Below are positions 38,642 to 46,827 of a DNA stretch of 64,000 nucleotides, piece by piece. Both the position numbers and the translations under genes were made by a program. The notes beneath the pieces were generated by a model, which ran no database searches, had not been told where the DNA came from, and saw nothing but the letters and a program-made list of their open reading frames with translations. The DNA comes from a virus, in IMG/VR virus record IMGVR_UViG_2643221865_000002. One strand, written 5' to 3'. Every line of letters begins with the position of its first letter. Positions within the stretch are counted from its first letter, which is position 1.

Positions 38642-39562
38642 ATGCACGACTCCGCCGACCCCACGCTCACCCTCCAGCAGGAGACCGGACGACCTTCAGA
38701 CAGGTTGGTCCGGTGGCTGCTGTGGCCGGTCGCGCTCACCCTCGTCGTCATCATCGCGAACGCGTTCGTGATCTCGTTCCAGTCCCAGGTTGACCTGGCG
38801 ATCCTCGCCCGCATCCACAAGGACGTCGCCTTCGGCTGGCCGATCATCGTGGACGGCACCATCGTCGTGTCCACGTTCGCGGCGTTCATGCTGCACCGCC
38901 ACGGCGTCCGGGTGTCCTGGTACCCGTGGGCGATCCTGATCCTGTTCGGGGCCGTGTCCATTTGGGCGAACGGCATCCACGCCACCGGAGCGGACGTGTC
39001 CCTGCCGGAGCTGTTCCTCGTCGGCGCCGTCCCCGCGGTCGGCATCCTGCTGTCCGTCCACCTGTTCGTGATCGTCATCGCACACCACAACCGGCCCGAC
39101 CCGGTCCGGCCGCAGAAGGCGTCACCCGCCGCCGAGCTGCCTGCCGCGGCCGCTCCGGCGCACCGCGCCCCGCAGGCTGTCGTCACCGACGCAGCATTCA
39201 CAGACGCGGCCGTCACTGAGCTTCCCAAACCTCCCCGTCCAGTCGCCGTGGAGCTGCCTGCCGCGCCGGCGCCGGAACTGGCTGCCAGCAACGCACACCC
39301 AACCTGGGTGCCCGAGACGGTCCTCCCGAAAGCTGCACCGTCTCCGCAGCCTGCCTCGAAGCCGGCTCCGAAGGAGACGAAGAAGGCTGCAGCCCCTCGC
39401 ACCACCACGAAGCCGATGACCCGCGCTGAAGCTGGCGCGAAAGTCCGGGAGCTCGAAACCGCAGGGACCCAGGTCACCGCGGATGACATCAGCTCCTGGA
39501 TGAACGTGTCACCGGCTCGTGCCGCAACGATCCTCACTCAGATCCGGCAGGAAGCCGTCTGA
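38642..39562 (+). CDS. 4-TM membrane protein with Pro/Ala-rich linker and C-terminal HTH-like domain
   Basis: RBS GGAGGAGG. A sense-orientation motif copy is spaced exactly 8 nt before the ATG. The C-terminal segment RAEAGAKVRELETAGTQVTADDISSWMNVSPARAATIL is HTH-like. Confidence 0.65.
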   Translation: MHDSADPTLTLQQETGRPSDRLVRWLLWPVALTLVVIIANAFVISFQSQVDLAILARIHKDVAFGWPIIVDGTIVVSTFAAFMLHRHGVRVSWYPWAILILFGAVSIWANGIHATGADVSLPELFLVGAVPAVGILLSVHLFVIVIAHHNRPDPVRPQKASPAAELPAAAAPAHRAPQAVVTDAAFTDAAVTELPKPPRPVAVELPAAPAPELAASNAHPTWVPETVLPKAAPSPQPASKPAPKETKKAAAPRTTTKPMTRAEAGAKVRELETAGTQVTADDISSWMNVSPARAATILTQIRQEAV

Positions 39563-39606
39563 ACCGCCCCGAGGAGCAGGACGCTCGCTCGACAGAAGGG
39601 CTGACC

Positions 39607-40485
39607 TTGTCAGATCCCCGCACCACACCTGCACACCAGAAGACCTCGTCGTACCACCCGACCGGAGGCTGGAACGAGAAACGAACACACTCGGACGGCC
39701 ACTCCTACTGGCGTGACGGGAAGCTGCACCGGGAGGACGGCTACGCCGTCGACCGCCGCAGCAACCGGCAGGTGTGGATCGGCGGGAAGCTGATCCCCGC
39801 ACCGGAGACGAAGCAGGATGTTCGGCTGACCTTCACCGGTGTCACGAAAGCCGGGTACCTCCACTGGGAGGACCAGGACGGCATGATCCGCGTCCGGGCC
39901 CACCTGAACGCCCGCAACGCCTACGAGATGCGCTACTTCGACGTCGAAGGTGAGCCGGAGCCGCACTGGGCCGGCGGATACACCCTCGTCGTCCACTACG
40001 ACGACGGTGAGCGACGCTACTTCCGTCAGGACTACGACCACGGCGTCCCGAAGCTGCACCGGCTCGACGGGCCAGCCATCCAGCTTCCCGTCACCACCAG
40101 GAACCACGCCGCGAAGTCGAAATGGCTGGAAGACGGGCAACGAGTTGACGGCCCTGTCGAGCTGTTCATCCGTCACCGGATGAAGATGAAGGCGCAGCCG
40201 GATGACTGGTCGCCGCCGGTGATCACGGACCGTGAAGCTGCCCGACTCCGCGCTGTGGTGATCGCCGACCCGGAGTCGCCGATCGCACTGGATGTGGCGT
40301 TCACCTACTCGAACGAGTACTCAGAAGCGATCTGCCACATCGATGGGCTCCCCGCCCCGCAGCATCACAGTGTCGCCGATGAAGCCGCCGCCTGGCTGGC
40401 CGCCCTCACCGGAGAAGACGACGATGACACAGCGGGCGATGAGTTCATCACCGGCCCGGACGACACGGACGAAACCGGGAACTGA
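39607..40485 (+). CDS. hypothetical protein (TTG start)
   Basis: 292 aa of clean coding with RBS GAAGGG. Confidence 0.55.
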   Translation: MSDPRTTPAHQKTSSYHPTGGWNEKRTHSDGHSYWRDGKLHREDGYAVDRRSNRQVWIGGKLIPAPETKQDVRLTFTGVTKAGYLHWEDQDGMIRVRAHLNARNAYEMRYFDVEGEPEPHWAGGYTLVVHYDDGERRYFRQDYDHGVPKLHRLDGPAIQLPVTTRNHAAKSKWLEDGQRVDGPVELFIRHRMKMKAQPDDWSPPVITDREAARLRAVVIADPESPIALDVAFTYSNEYSEAICHIDGLPAPQHHSVADEAAAWLAALTGEDDDDTAGDEFITGPDDTDETGN

Positions 40486-40505
40486 ACCCCGCACAGCTCA
40501 AGCTA

Positions 40506-40519
40506 AACTCACATGCCCC
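40506..40519 (+). promoter_or_regulatory. motif-like copy (AACTCACATGCCCC) upstream of small ORF 40557
   Basis: Partial match. Confidence 0.35.
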
Positions 40520-40556
40520 GACAAGCCTGCCGGGGCCGTAACCCCCTGGAGAAGAC

Positions 40557-40682
40557 ATGACACGCGACAGGTACGAACCCCTCCTCGACGTCGCGCCGGA
40601 GCGGGAATACGAAGAGCAGATGCGGCTCTGGCAGGAACTTGCCGGACCGCCCGCCGAAGAGACCATCAGAGAAGACCAGTAA
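40557..40682 (+). CDS. small acidic protein (41 aa), not in ORF track
   Basis: RBS GGAGAAG precedes ATG 40557. A sense motif copy lies at 40506-40519 and a strong terminator at 40698-40727. Confidence 0.45.
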   Translation: MTRDRYEPLLDVAPEREYEEQMRLWQELAGPPAEETIREDQ

Positions 40683-40697
40683 CCAGAGACGGCAGAA

Positions 40698-40727
40698 GCC
40701 GGCACCCCAGGCGGGTGCCGGCTTTCT
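40698..40727. terminator. strong hairpin terminator GCCGGCACCC-aggc-GGGTGCCGGC + TTTCTC
   Basis: Between convergent genes 40557..40682 (+) and 40769..41086 (-). Confidence 0.7.
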
Positions 40728-40768
40728 CATGCCTTCACGAGGTTTGCTCGCGGGAGCTCAGATGATGC

Positions 40769-41086
40769 TCACCAGTCCGCTGATACGTCCCCGCCGCTGA
40801 AGTAGTCACCGACGCGGGCGCCGTCGTAGGTGTGCTCGCTGACGATCACCCAGCCGTCCTTGCCGCCCCGGGTGATGTCGAGGCGGTATTCGTCGTCGAC
40901 GTAGTTGGTGAGCGGCATCGTCACGCTGCAGTTGCCTTTGCTGTCGTAGGCGGCACATGTGGTCGACACGTACGTGTACGCCGGTTCGTAGTGCTTCCCG
41001 GTGATGGTCCCGGAGGAGATCGGGGAGCAGGCGGCGAGGGCCGCGACGGCCAGGGCAGATGCGACGACGGTGAGGATCTTCTTCAT
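40769..41086 (-). CDS. lipoprotein (hypothetical)
   Basis: MKKILTVVASALAVAALAACS contains a lipobox. RBS GAGGGAGG. A motif copy is spaced 8 nt before the ATG. Confidence 0.65.
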   Translation of the reverse strand: MKKILTVVASALAVAALAACSPISSGTITGKHYEPAYTYVSTTCAAYDSKGNCSVTMPLTNYVDDEYRLDITRGGKDGWVIVSEHTYDGARVGDYFSGGDVSADW

Positions 41087-41092
41087 GCCTCC

Positions 41093-41106
41093 CTCATGTG
41101 CGGACC
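41093..41106 (-). promoter_or_regulatory. conserved motif copy, N8 before ATG
   Basis: Upstream of 40769..41086. Confidence 0.55.
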
Positions 41107-41133
41107 GGAGCTGTCCTGCGACGAGAGAGGGGG

Positions 41134-41388
41134 CTAGTCGATGATGTCGCCGACGTTGGCGAAGTGCCACACCGTCTCGGTGACGTACACCCAGCCGCGG
41201 CGGCCGTGGAAGTCGACGTCGAGGCGGTACTTCGGGCGGCGGGTGCCGTTGAACTCCACCACCTTCGTCAGGATCCGGCCGCGGCGTGTGCGAGGTGCGT
41301 GGAAGACGGTGTGAAACGCGCCGGCGATGAAGGTGATCGAAACGGCTGCGACCAAGGCTGTAACGGTGTTCTGGCGTGGGGTGCTCAT
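41134..41388 (-). CDS. small membrane-anchored protein, paralog of 40769..41086 C-terminus
   Basis: Shared C-terminal region YRLD...GWV.V.E..........GD. Confidence 0.5.
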   Translation of the reverse strand: MSTPRQNTVTALVAAVSITFIAGAFHTVFHAPRTRRGRILTKVVEFNGTRRPKYRLDVDFHGRRGWVYVTETVWHFANVGDIID

Positions 41389-41395
41389 GCTGTCA

Positions 41396-41410
41396 AGACA
41401 TGTGGCGTTT
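41396..41410 (-). promoter_or_regulatory. conserved motif copy (class 2, N10)
   Basis: Upstream of 41134..41388. Confidence 0.5.
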
Positions 41411-41700
41411 CACGCTGCGCGGCGGCGGTGCTGTGAGTACCGGACCGGCTTCCGAGGCTGCATCCACGCCTGAACGACGGGGCCGCGGACGTACGCCTGC
41501 TCCTCGACTGCGCGGATACCGGTGACGATCGATGACAGGGTGATCACCCCGGTGGCTTCCACCTTCAGGGTGGTCTCCTCATCCCATGCGTCGTCCGTCT
41601 TCCGAGCTGCCTGCGTCGCAGGGTCGCCGAGATGCTCGGCGATGTCCTTGTCGGACCAGCCGCGAACCCAGAGACGGGATCGGGTGACGGTGGCGTGCAT
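41410..41700 (-). CDS. hypothetical protein (96 aa; ATG after RBS AAGGAGAA)
   Basis: The ORF-track upstream starts lie within or before the motif. Confidence 0.5.
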   Translation of the reverse strand: MHATVTRSRLWVRGWSDKDIAEHLGDPATQAARKTDDAWDEETTLKVEATGVITLSSIVTGIRAVEEQAYVRGPVVQAWMQPRKPVRYSQHRRRAA

Positions 41701-41724
41701 GGGTGGGTTCTCCTTGTGTGTCAT

Positions 41725-41743
41725 CACCTCCATGTGCGGTCTG
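41725..41743 (-). promoter_or_regulatory. conserved motif copy
   Basis: Upstream of 41410..41700. Confidence 0.5.
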
Positions 41744-41826
41744 ACGCCGTTCTGTTCCAGCACCCGTGTCTGCCACCGCCGATACGATCGAGCCGGCACC
41801 CCGCCACCAACCGGAAGGCTTCAGCT

Positions 41827-42207
41827 GTGACTTCGATCAACGACACCATGCGCCGCTTCACCGAAGGCCTCCTCGAGGACGCGATGGAGGACGCCAGGCA
41901 GAAGGTTCGGGACGACCGGGATGACCGGAAGCTGCGGAAGAAGGTGGAGCGTGAGGTGGAGTTCATGGTGTTCCACATGTTCTCCGCCGCCGCGATCGGC
42001 CGAGCCGCCGGGCAGGTGGGTGGCGGCCGCCGGCAAGCTGTCGGGGTCCTCCTCGCCGCGCTCGGAGCGGATCCGATTCCGGGCGCACCCCGCGACCAGG
42101 TGTGCGGGGAGTGCGGCCGCGACGACGTTGTGGGGCTCGCCGGGTTCGACACCCGACCGCAGAAGACGATCTGCCAGGACTGCGGAGCGGTGGACGTGAA
42201 GCCGTAA
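41827..42207 (+). CDS. hypothetical protein with C-terminal zinc ribbon (CGECG...CQDCG)
   Basis: GTG start 9 nt after RBS GGAAGG. Confidence 0.5.
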   Translation: MTSINDTMRRFTEGLLEDAMEDARQKVRDDRDDRKLRKKVEREVEFMVFHMFSAAAIGRAAGQVGGGRRQAVGVLLAALGADPIPGAPRDQVCGECGRDDVVGLAGFDTRPQKTICQDCGAVDVKP

Positions 42208-42244
42208 GCCTGCGGTGGAAGGCGCGAGCCGGCGGGCAAACGAA

Positions 42245-42290
42245 AAGGCGGCTGCCGCACGGGTGTGAACCCGGCAGCAGCCGCCTTCGT
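42245..42290. terminator. hairpin terminator (13-bp stem with a 3-nt bulge) with T-rich tail on the minus strand (TTTTCGTTTG)
   Basis: Between convergent 41827..42207 (+) and flotillin 42302..43744 (-). Confidence 0.55.
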
Positions 42291-42301
42291 GTTGAGCTGA
42301 A

Positions 42302-43744
42302 CTACTCGGCCGTGTTGCCGACCTTCACGTCGATGGACGCGGGAAGCTCCACCTTCGGGAGGGTGACGGTGGCGGCTGCGGAGTGACCGGCAGCCTTGCC
42401 GGCTGCGGTTCCGCCGATGACGGAGCCGAGCAGGTCCTTCAGGCCGATGCCCATGGTGGAGGACAGCATCGAGTCGACCTCGGTCATGCCGGACACGACG
42501 TTCTTCGCCAGCTGACCGGCGCCGTCGGTGGAGATGACGGTGAGGTTGTCGATGTTGGACATCGGAGCGGCGAGCTCACGGGCGATCAGCGGGAGCGCCT
42601 CGATGACCTTCAGCTGGAGCAGCGCCTCGGACTGCTGGGCGACAGCCTCAGCTGCAGCCTTCGTCGACTCGGCCTCAGCCTGACCCTTCGCGTAGATGGC
42701 CTTCGCCTCAGCCTCACCCTCAGCCTCAAGGGCTGCAGCGGCAGCCATGCGGGAGTCGCGCTCAGCGTGGGCGGCGATGAGGTTCTCGTCAGCCTTCGCC
42801 TGGGCGATCTTCGTCACACGGTACGCCTCAGCGTCAGCGACGGCGCGGACCTCGGACTCCAGCTCAGCGGCACGCAGCGAAGCGCGCTTTTGGGCGGTGA
42901 TCTCCTGCTGGGCGACGACGGCCTGCTGCGACTGCGCCTCGGCGAGCGGGCGAGCGGCTGCAGCCTCAGCGGCAGCCTTGTCGGTTGCCTTCTGCAGGTC
43001 AGCCTTGCGGAGAGCGAGGGCGTTCTCAGCCTCGGCGATGGACTGCTCAGCGGAGACGGCAGCCTCGCGGGCCTCCTTCTTCGCGATCGACTCGGCGATC
43101 TCGGCGGTCTTGCGGACCTTCGCCTGCTCGGCGCGGCCGAGGTCCTCGATGTAGCCGTTGTTGTCGCTGATGCCCTTGATCTCGAACGAGTCGACGTCCA
43201 GGCCCTGGTTCTCCAGCGACTGGCGGGCGATGTCGAGCACCGCAGCGGACAGCTCGTCACGCTTCGTGATGATGGTGAGGACGTCGGTGGCGCCGACGGA
43301 CGAGCGAAGCGAACCGGACAGCACCTCCAGGGCGAACCCGTCGATGTTCTTGTCCTGGCCGAGGAAGCGCTGCGCGGCGGCGCGGATCGCGGTCTCGGTG
43401 GATCCGACCTTGACGATGGCGACAGCGTCGACGTTCATCGTGATGCCGTTGTTCGTCTGAGCTACCGCCTGGATGTCGATCGCGCGGGAGCGGAGGGAGA
43501 TCTTGTGCGCCTTCTGGAAGAACGGCATGATCCAGACGCCCTGGCCGTGGACGACACGCTGGCCGGACTGCTCCGCCTCGATGCCGTTGACGAGCTTGCG
43601 CTTGGAGCGCTTGCCGGTGACGACGATCGCCTCGTCGGGCGAGACGTTGCGGTACAGGACCTTGGCGTAGATGAAGATGATGACGCCGATGACGACAAGG
43701 GCGAAGATGATGCCGAAAGCGGGGCCGAACAGGAAGTCGAGCAA
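42302..43744 (-). CDS. flotillin-like SPFH/band-7 protein
   Basis: N-terminal TM, SPFH domain and a long Ala/Glu-rich coiled coil. TTG start with RBS AAAGGAGAA. Confidence 0.75.
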   Translation of the reverse strand: MLDFLFGPAFGIIFALVVIGVIIFIYAKVLYRNVSPDEAIVVTGKRSKRKLVNGIEAEQSGQRVVHGQGVWIMPFFQKAHKISLRSRAIDIQAVAQTNNGITMNVDAVAIVKVGSTETAIRAAAQRFLGQDKNIDGFALEVLSGSLRSSVGATDVLTIITKRDELSAAVLDIARQSLENQGLDVDSFEIKGISDNNGYIEDLGRAEQAKVRKTAEIAESIAKKEAREAAVSAEQSIAEAENALALRKADLQKATDKAAAEAAAARPLAEAQSQQAVVAQQEITAQKRASLRAAELESEVRAVADAEAYRVTKIAQAKADENLIAAHAERDSRMAAAAALEAEGEAEAKAIYAKGQAEAESTKAAAEAVAQQSEALLQLKVIEALPLIARELAAPMSNIDNLTVISTDGAGQLAKNVVSGMTEVDSMLSSTMGIGLKDLLGSVIGGTAAGKAAGHSAAATVTLPKVELPASIDVKVGNTAE

Positions 43745-43808
43745 GCGACTTCTCCTTTCAAGAGGGAACGTGCGAGTGGGTCACACCGGGCGGTGTGGCA
43801 TGCGGGTG

Positions 43809-43837
43809 GCATGTGGCGGTACCTTCATGTGCGGCAT
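43809..43837 (-). promoter_or_regulatory. two adjacent motif copies (gcatgtggcggt and cttcatgtgcggcat)
   Basis: Upstream of the flotillin gene. Confidence 0.5.
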
Positions 43838-43931
43838 CCGGTGGATTCGCTGGCGTGAGCCTCCGACGGCCGGGGCGCGCGAAAATCTCTAGTTGGGTGC
43901 TGCGAAAATCCCAGGTAGCGAGCTGGGAAGC

Positions 43932-44465
43932 CTAGCTCGACGTCGTGGGTTCCAGTCCGCGCGCTCCGCGGAGCTCGGCGAGTTCCGCCTCGAGCTCAGC
44001 AACACGGGTTTCAGCGGCGATCGCTCGCCCTTCCGCTTCCAGTCGCGCTGCGTGCGGAGTGATGCCGGTCTTCCGCTGGACGGTGAAGGTGTACAGGGAC
44101 TCATCGTCCGGGTAGATGATGTCGGTTTCGACGTAGTTGGTGCCGCCGACGATCCTGAACCAGCGGTGGATGAGCTCCGCGAGGACGAGGGTGGCGCCTT
44201 GGGTGTCTTCGAGGGTGACTTCGATCTCCCCGTCCCTGATCGACTGGCGATGCAGGATCATGTCCTCACGGCTGATCTGGTTCGCCTTCCGGCGGCCGGT
44301 GACGATGGGTCCAAACCCACCCTCCGGGGCGATGACTCGGATGGTGTCGCCGTCGGCGGCCATCATCGTCTCGCCGGTGCCATAGATGCGTTCGATGGCG
44401 CGGCCGATCTCCTCCATCGCAGTCATCGGCATGGGGAGGCTGAATGCGGCTACGGGCTTGCCCAT
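43932..44465 (-). CDS. hypothetical protein; possible NfeD-like OB-fold partner of flotillin
   Basis: Internal ATG with RBS GGAAAG. It lies immediately upstream of the flotillin gene. The ORF-track N-terminal extension (MSGPPPPPPPP) is read through a C20 tract from the motif ATG. Confidence 0.45.
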   Translation of the reverse strand: MGKPVAAFSLPMPMTAMEEIGRAIERIYGTGETMMAADGDTIRVIAPEGGFGPIVTGRRKANQISREDMILHRQSIRDGEIEVTLEDTQGATLVLAELIHRWFRIVGGTNYVETDIIYPDDESLYTFTVQRKTGITPHAARLEAEGRAIAAETRVAELEAELAELRGARGLEPTTSS

Positions 44466-44493
44466 CTCTGCTTTCCAATCGGTTCGGTGTGGC

Positions 44494-44513
44494 GGGGGGG
44501 GGGGGGGGGGGGG
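44494..44513. repeat. homopolymeric G20 tract (C20 in gene sense) between motif and RBS/start of 43932..44465
   Basis: Counted directly: ggc + 20 g + tcc. Confidence 0.8.
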
Positions 44514-44514
44514 T

Positions 44515-44530
44515 CCAGACATGTGGCAGC
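44515..44530 (-). promoter_or_regulatory. conserved motif copy (class 2) immediately followed (gene-sense) by the C20 tract
   Basis: Upstream of 43932..44465. Confidence 0.5.
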
Positions 44531-44544
44531 GGTTCCCCGCAGGG

Positions 44545-45303
44545 TCAGTCGAAGAAGACGCCTACGGTGCGGGCGATGGTGTCGAGCTTCTGCTCGTCGG
44601 TTCGACGGTGGTCGCGGACTGCTTTCTGGATCTTCGTCAACTTCTTCGCGTCCGCGGTGGCGCGGCGTTCATGCGATTCGAGCCAGTCGCCGTCGACGAC
44701 AACGTCGTCAGGTCCGTAGTACGTGGCGTCAGCTCCGGGCTGTTTCCGGCCGAGGTAGGTGGAGGGGCGCTCGTCCCTGCCGGCCAGCCACTCCTTGCGC
44801 TCTACTCGCTCCTTAGCGAACTCGGCGGTGCGGGCCTCCTCCGCTTCAAGGTCACGGGCGCGGTGGCGGGCGAGCTCTGCGGTGAGGGTGGCGATGGTGT
44901 CGGCTGCGTTCAGGGCGAGGGCTTTCGCGTCTCCGTCGAGGTTGAGGTCACGCAGCCCGGTGACGATGGGGGCGATGTCCTCCTCGGTGCGGGCAGGGCC
45001 GGGCTTGATGTGTGCCCGGAATCCGATGAGGTCGCGGTCGATGGCGAAGTACTCGGCCACCTGGTCGAGGATCTCGGCGCCGTCCGTTGAGGAGATCCGA
45101 GCACGGAGAGCTGCGATCTTGTCTGTCCATCCGTCGACGACGGGGAGTTCCGGGGCGGTCGGGTCGATGTAGGCGCGGAGCTTCGCGATGGTTTCGTCGC
45201 GGCGGCGGATGACGTCCACCGCTGCCAGGAGCAGGTCAGCTTCGGGGACTGTTTCGCCGAGCTGCAGGCGGGTGATGGTTCGGCTGACGATGCGGTCTGT
45301 CAT
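44545..45303 (-). CDS. hypothetical protein
   Basis: 252 aa of clean coding. Confidence 0.55.
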   Translation of the reverse strand: MTDRIVSRTITRLQLGETVPEADLLLAAVDVIRRRDETIAKLRAYIDPTAPELPVVDGWTDKIAALRARISSTDGAEILDQVAEYFAIDRDLIGFRAHIKPGPARTEEDIAPIVTGLRDLNLDGDAKALALNAADTIATLTAELARHRARDLEAEEARTAEFAKERVERKEWLAGRDERPSTYLGRKQPGADATYYGPDDVVVDGDWLESHERRATADAKKLTKIQKAVRDHRRTDEQKLDTIARTVGVFFD

Positions 45304-45349
45304 GCGGCGCTCCTGATGGGTGAGGGGAAGTGCGTGGGTGCGGGTGGGT

Positions 45350-45865
45350 TCACAGGACGGCTGAGGCCGGCTCGTAGAAGTTCAGGGGGTTGCTGATCCG
45401 GTCCAGGTGAGCTTCCGCCGTTCGTGACAGGTGGGGGCGGAGGATGCTGGAAGCTCGGAATGACTGGAACAGCGAACCGAGGACTGCGGCGGTGGCGGCT
45501 GGGATGCCGAGCACGAGGATGACTTTGCTGGTGTCGTCGGCGAGGGCAGTGATGGATGGCGCTTCGAACACTCCGGCGTACACGGCTGCGAAGTCGGCGA
45601 CGATCCCGACGGCCACTCCGACGGCCCAGCCGAGGTTCCGGTCGACCCGTTGCAGGTGCGTCTCCACGTCGTTGCGGCTGGCGAGCTGCATCCACCGTGC
45701 GGGCGCCCAGTATTCCTGGGTGAGGTCGTCGAGGGTGACGGCGAGAGTTCCATGCTGGAACCGTTCGACGTTGACAACTTCCCGGACTCGTCCGTCGCGG
45801 ACGACGAGGGTGCCGGCGGCCAGTTCAACGGGGACGGTCGGTGCAGTCGGGTCGTACGCGGTCAT
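45350..45865 (-). CDS. membrane protein (hypothetical)
   Basis: ATG 45863-45865 lies exactly 8 nt after a motif copy. The ORF-track N-terminus is His/Arg junk. Confidence 0.55.
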   Translation of the reverse strand: MTAYDPTAPTVPVELAAGTLVVRDGRVREVVNVERFQHGTLAVTLDDLTQEYWAPARWMQLASRNDVETHLQRVDRNLGWAVGVAVGIVADFAAVYAGVFEAPSITALADDTSKVILVLGIPAATAAVLGSLFQSFRASSILRPHLSRTAEAHLDRISNPLNFYEPASAVL

Positions 45866-45870
45866 GAGGC

Positions 45871-45885
45871 CTTCATGTGCGGTCG
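45871..45885 (-). promoter_or_regulatory. conserved motif copy, N8 before ATG, preceded by CCGAAACC
   Basis: Upstream of 45350..45865. Confidence 0.55.
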
Positions 45886-45909
45886 GAACCGGTTTCGGGG
45901 CGGGCTCGG

Positions 45910-46338
45910 TCACGAGAGGGAATGGACGGTTTCGATGCGACCGGCGAGGACCTGGATGTCGTCGATGGTTCCGGTGTGCCGTTTCGGTCCGAGCACCAGC
46001 GACCAGGAGGTGCCGATGACGGTGACGTGCATGGGCGGGGTGGTGTCCGGCCATGAGAGATGCCAGGCGCCGGAAGGGTCGTCGGCGACGTCAGCTGCGT
46101 CGAACACGTCTGCGTCGAGGAGGGCGACGAGGGCCCTGGCGGTGTCTTCGGAGGTGACGGCGACGTCGGTGCTGGCAGGAGCCTGCACGGAGTTTGCGGC
46201 GGCTTCAGCGATCGCAGCTTCGACTTCGGCGGCGGCGGTTGCTGCACGGCGTTCCCGCCATCCGTCGATCTTCTCCCGGTTCCAGTGGTACACGGTCATG
46301 CCGATGGCTACGAAGATGAGTAGGGCTGAGATCTCCAC
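45910..46338 (-). CDS. N-terminally membrane-anchored protein
   Basis: GTG start with RBS GGAAGG. A motif copy lies at 46378-46390. Confidence 0.5.
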   Translation of the reverse strand: MEISALLIFVAIGMTVYHWNREKIDGWRERRAATAAAEVEAAIAEAAANSVQAPASTDVAVTSEDTARALVALLDADVFDAADVADDPSGAWHLSWPDTTPPMHVTVIGTSWSLVLGPKRHTGTIDDIQVLAGRIETVHSLS

Positions 46339-46377
46339 CCGTGCTGCCTTCCGATCGGTGTTGCTGGTCGGGGAGGA

Positions 46378-46390
46378 GGCATGTGGCGGG
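46378..46390 (-). promoter_or_regulatory. conserved motif copy (class 2)
   Basis: Upstream of 45910..46338. Confidence 0.45.
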
Positions 46391-46402
46391 CGCCGGCCGG
46401 GG

Positions 46403-46807
46403 TCAGTCTTCAGGTGGGGTGTGCAGGTCGATCAGGTGCCGGCGGACATGCAGGTCCGGTTCGGTAAGGATCTCCGCCCGGATGTCCCGTTTCGCGACAG
46501 ACACGGTGACATCTTCGTCGAGGACGAACGAGGTGCCGTCGATGACGACCTGCTTCATCCCGAACACATCGCGGACGGATTCGAGGACGCCGCCGGTCGG
46601 TGGAGCGGACTTGAAGTGGATGGTGACGTCATCACCGACGTTGGCGCTGTCGAGCTCGGCAGCGGCCATGAACTCGGCGGTGCCGAACACCGCTTCGTGG
46701 GTCAGGAACGCATCCGAGGCCGGCTGCAGCTTCGTCGGAAAGTGCCCTGTCCTCTTCTCGTAGGTGTGCCCGGAGGAGGTGACGGATACCGGCTTCGTGT
46801 AGTTCAT
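46403..46807 (-). CDS. hypothetical protein co-transcribed with macrodomain gene
   Basis: Internal ATG (MNYTKPVSV...). The ORF-track N-terminal 107 aa are Arg/Pro junk. It lies 20 nt downstream of the macro gene stop. Confidence 0.5.
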   Translation of the reverse strand: MNYTKPVSVTSSGHTYEKRTGHFPTKLQPASDAFLTHEAVFGTAEFMAAAELDSANVGDDVTIHFKSAPPTGGVLESVRDVFGMKQVVIDGTSFVLDEDVTVSVAKRDIRAEILTEPDLHVRRHLIDLHTPPED

Positions 46808-46827
46808 GCCGTCGTAGGTGTGCGGGG

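Noticed and set aside
44494-44513. G20 tract as a possible sequencing or assembly artefact
   Set aside because: I cannot exclude this without reads. I kept it as a finding because the flanking sequence is unique and the tract sits at a regulatory position.
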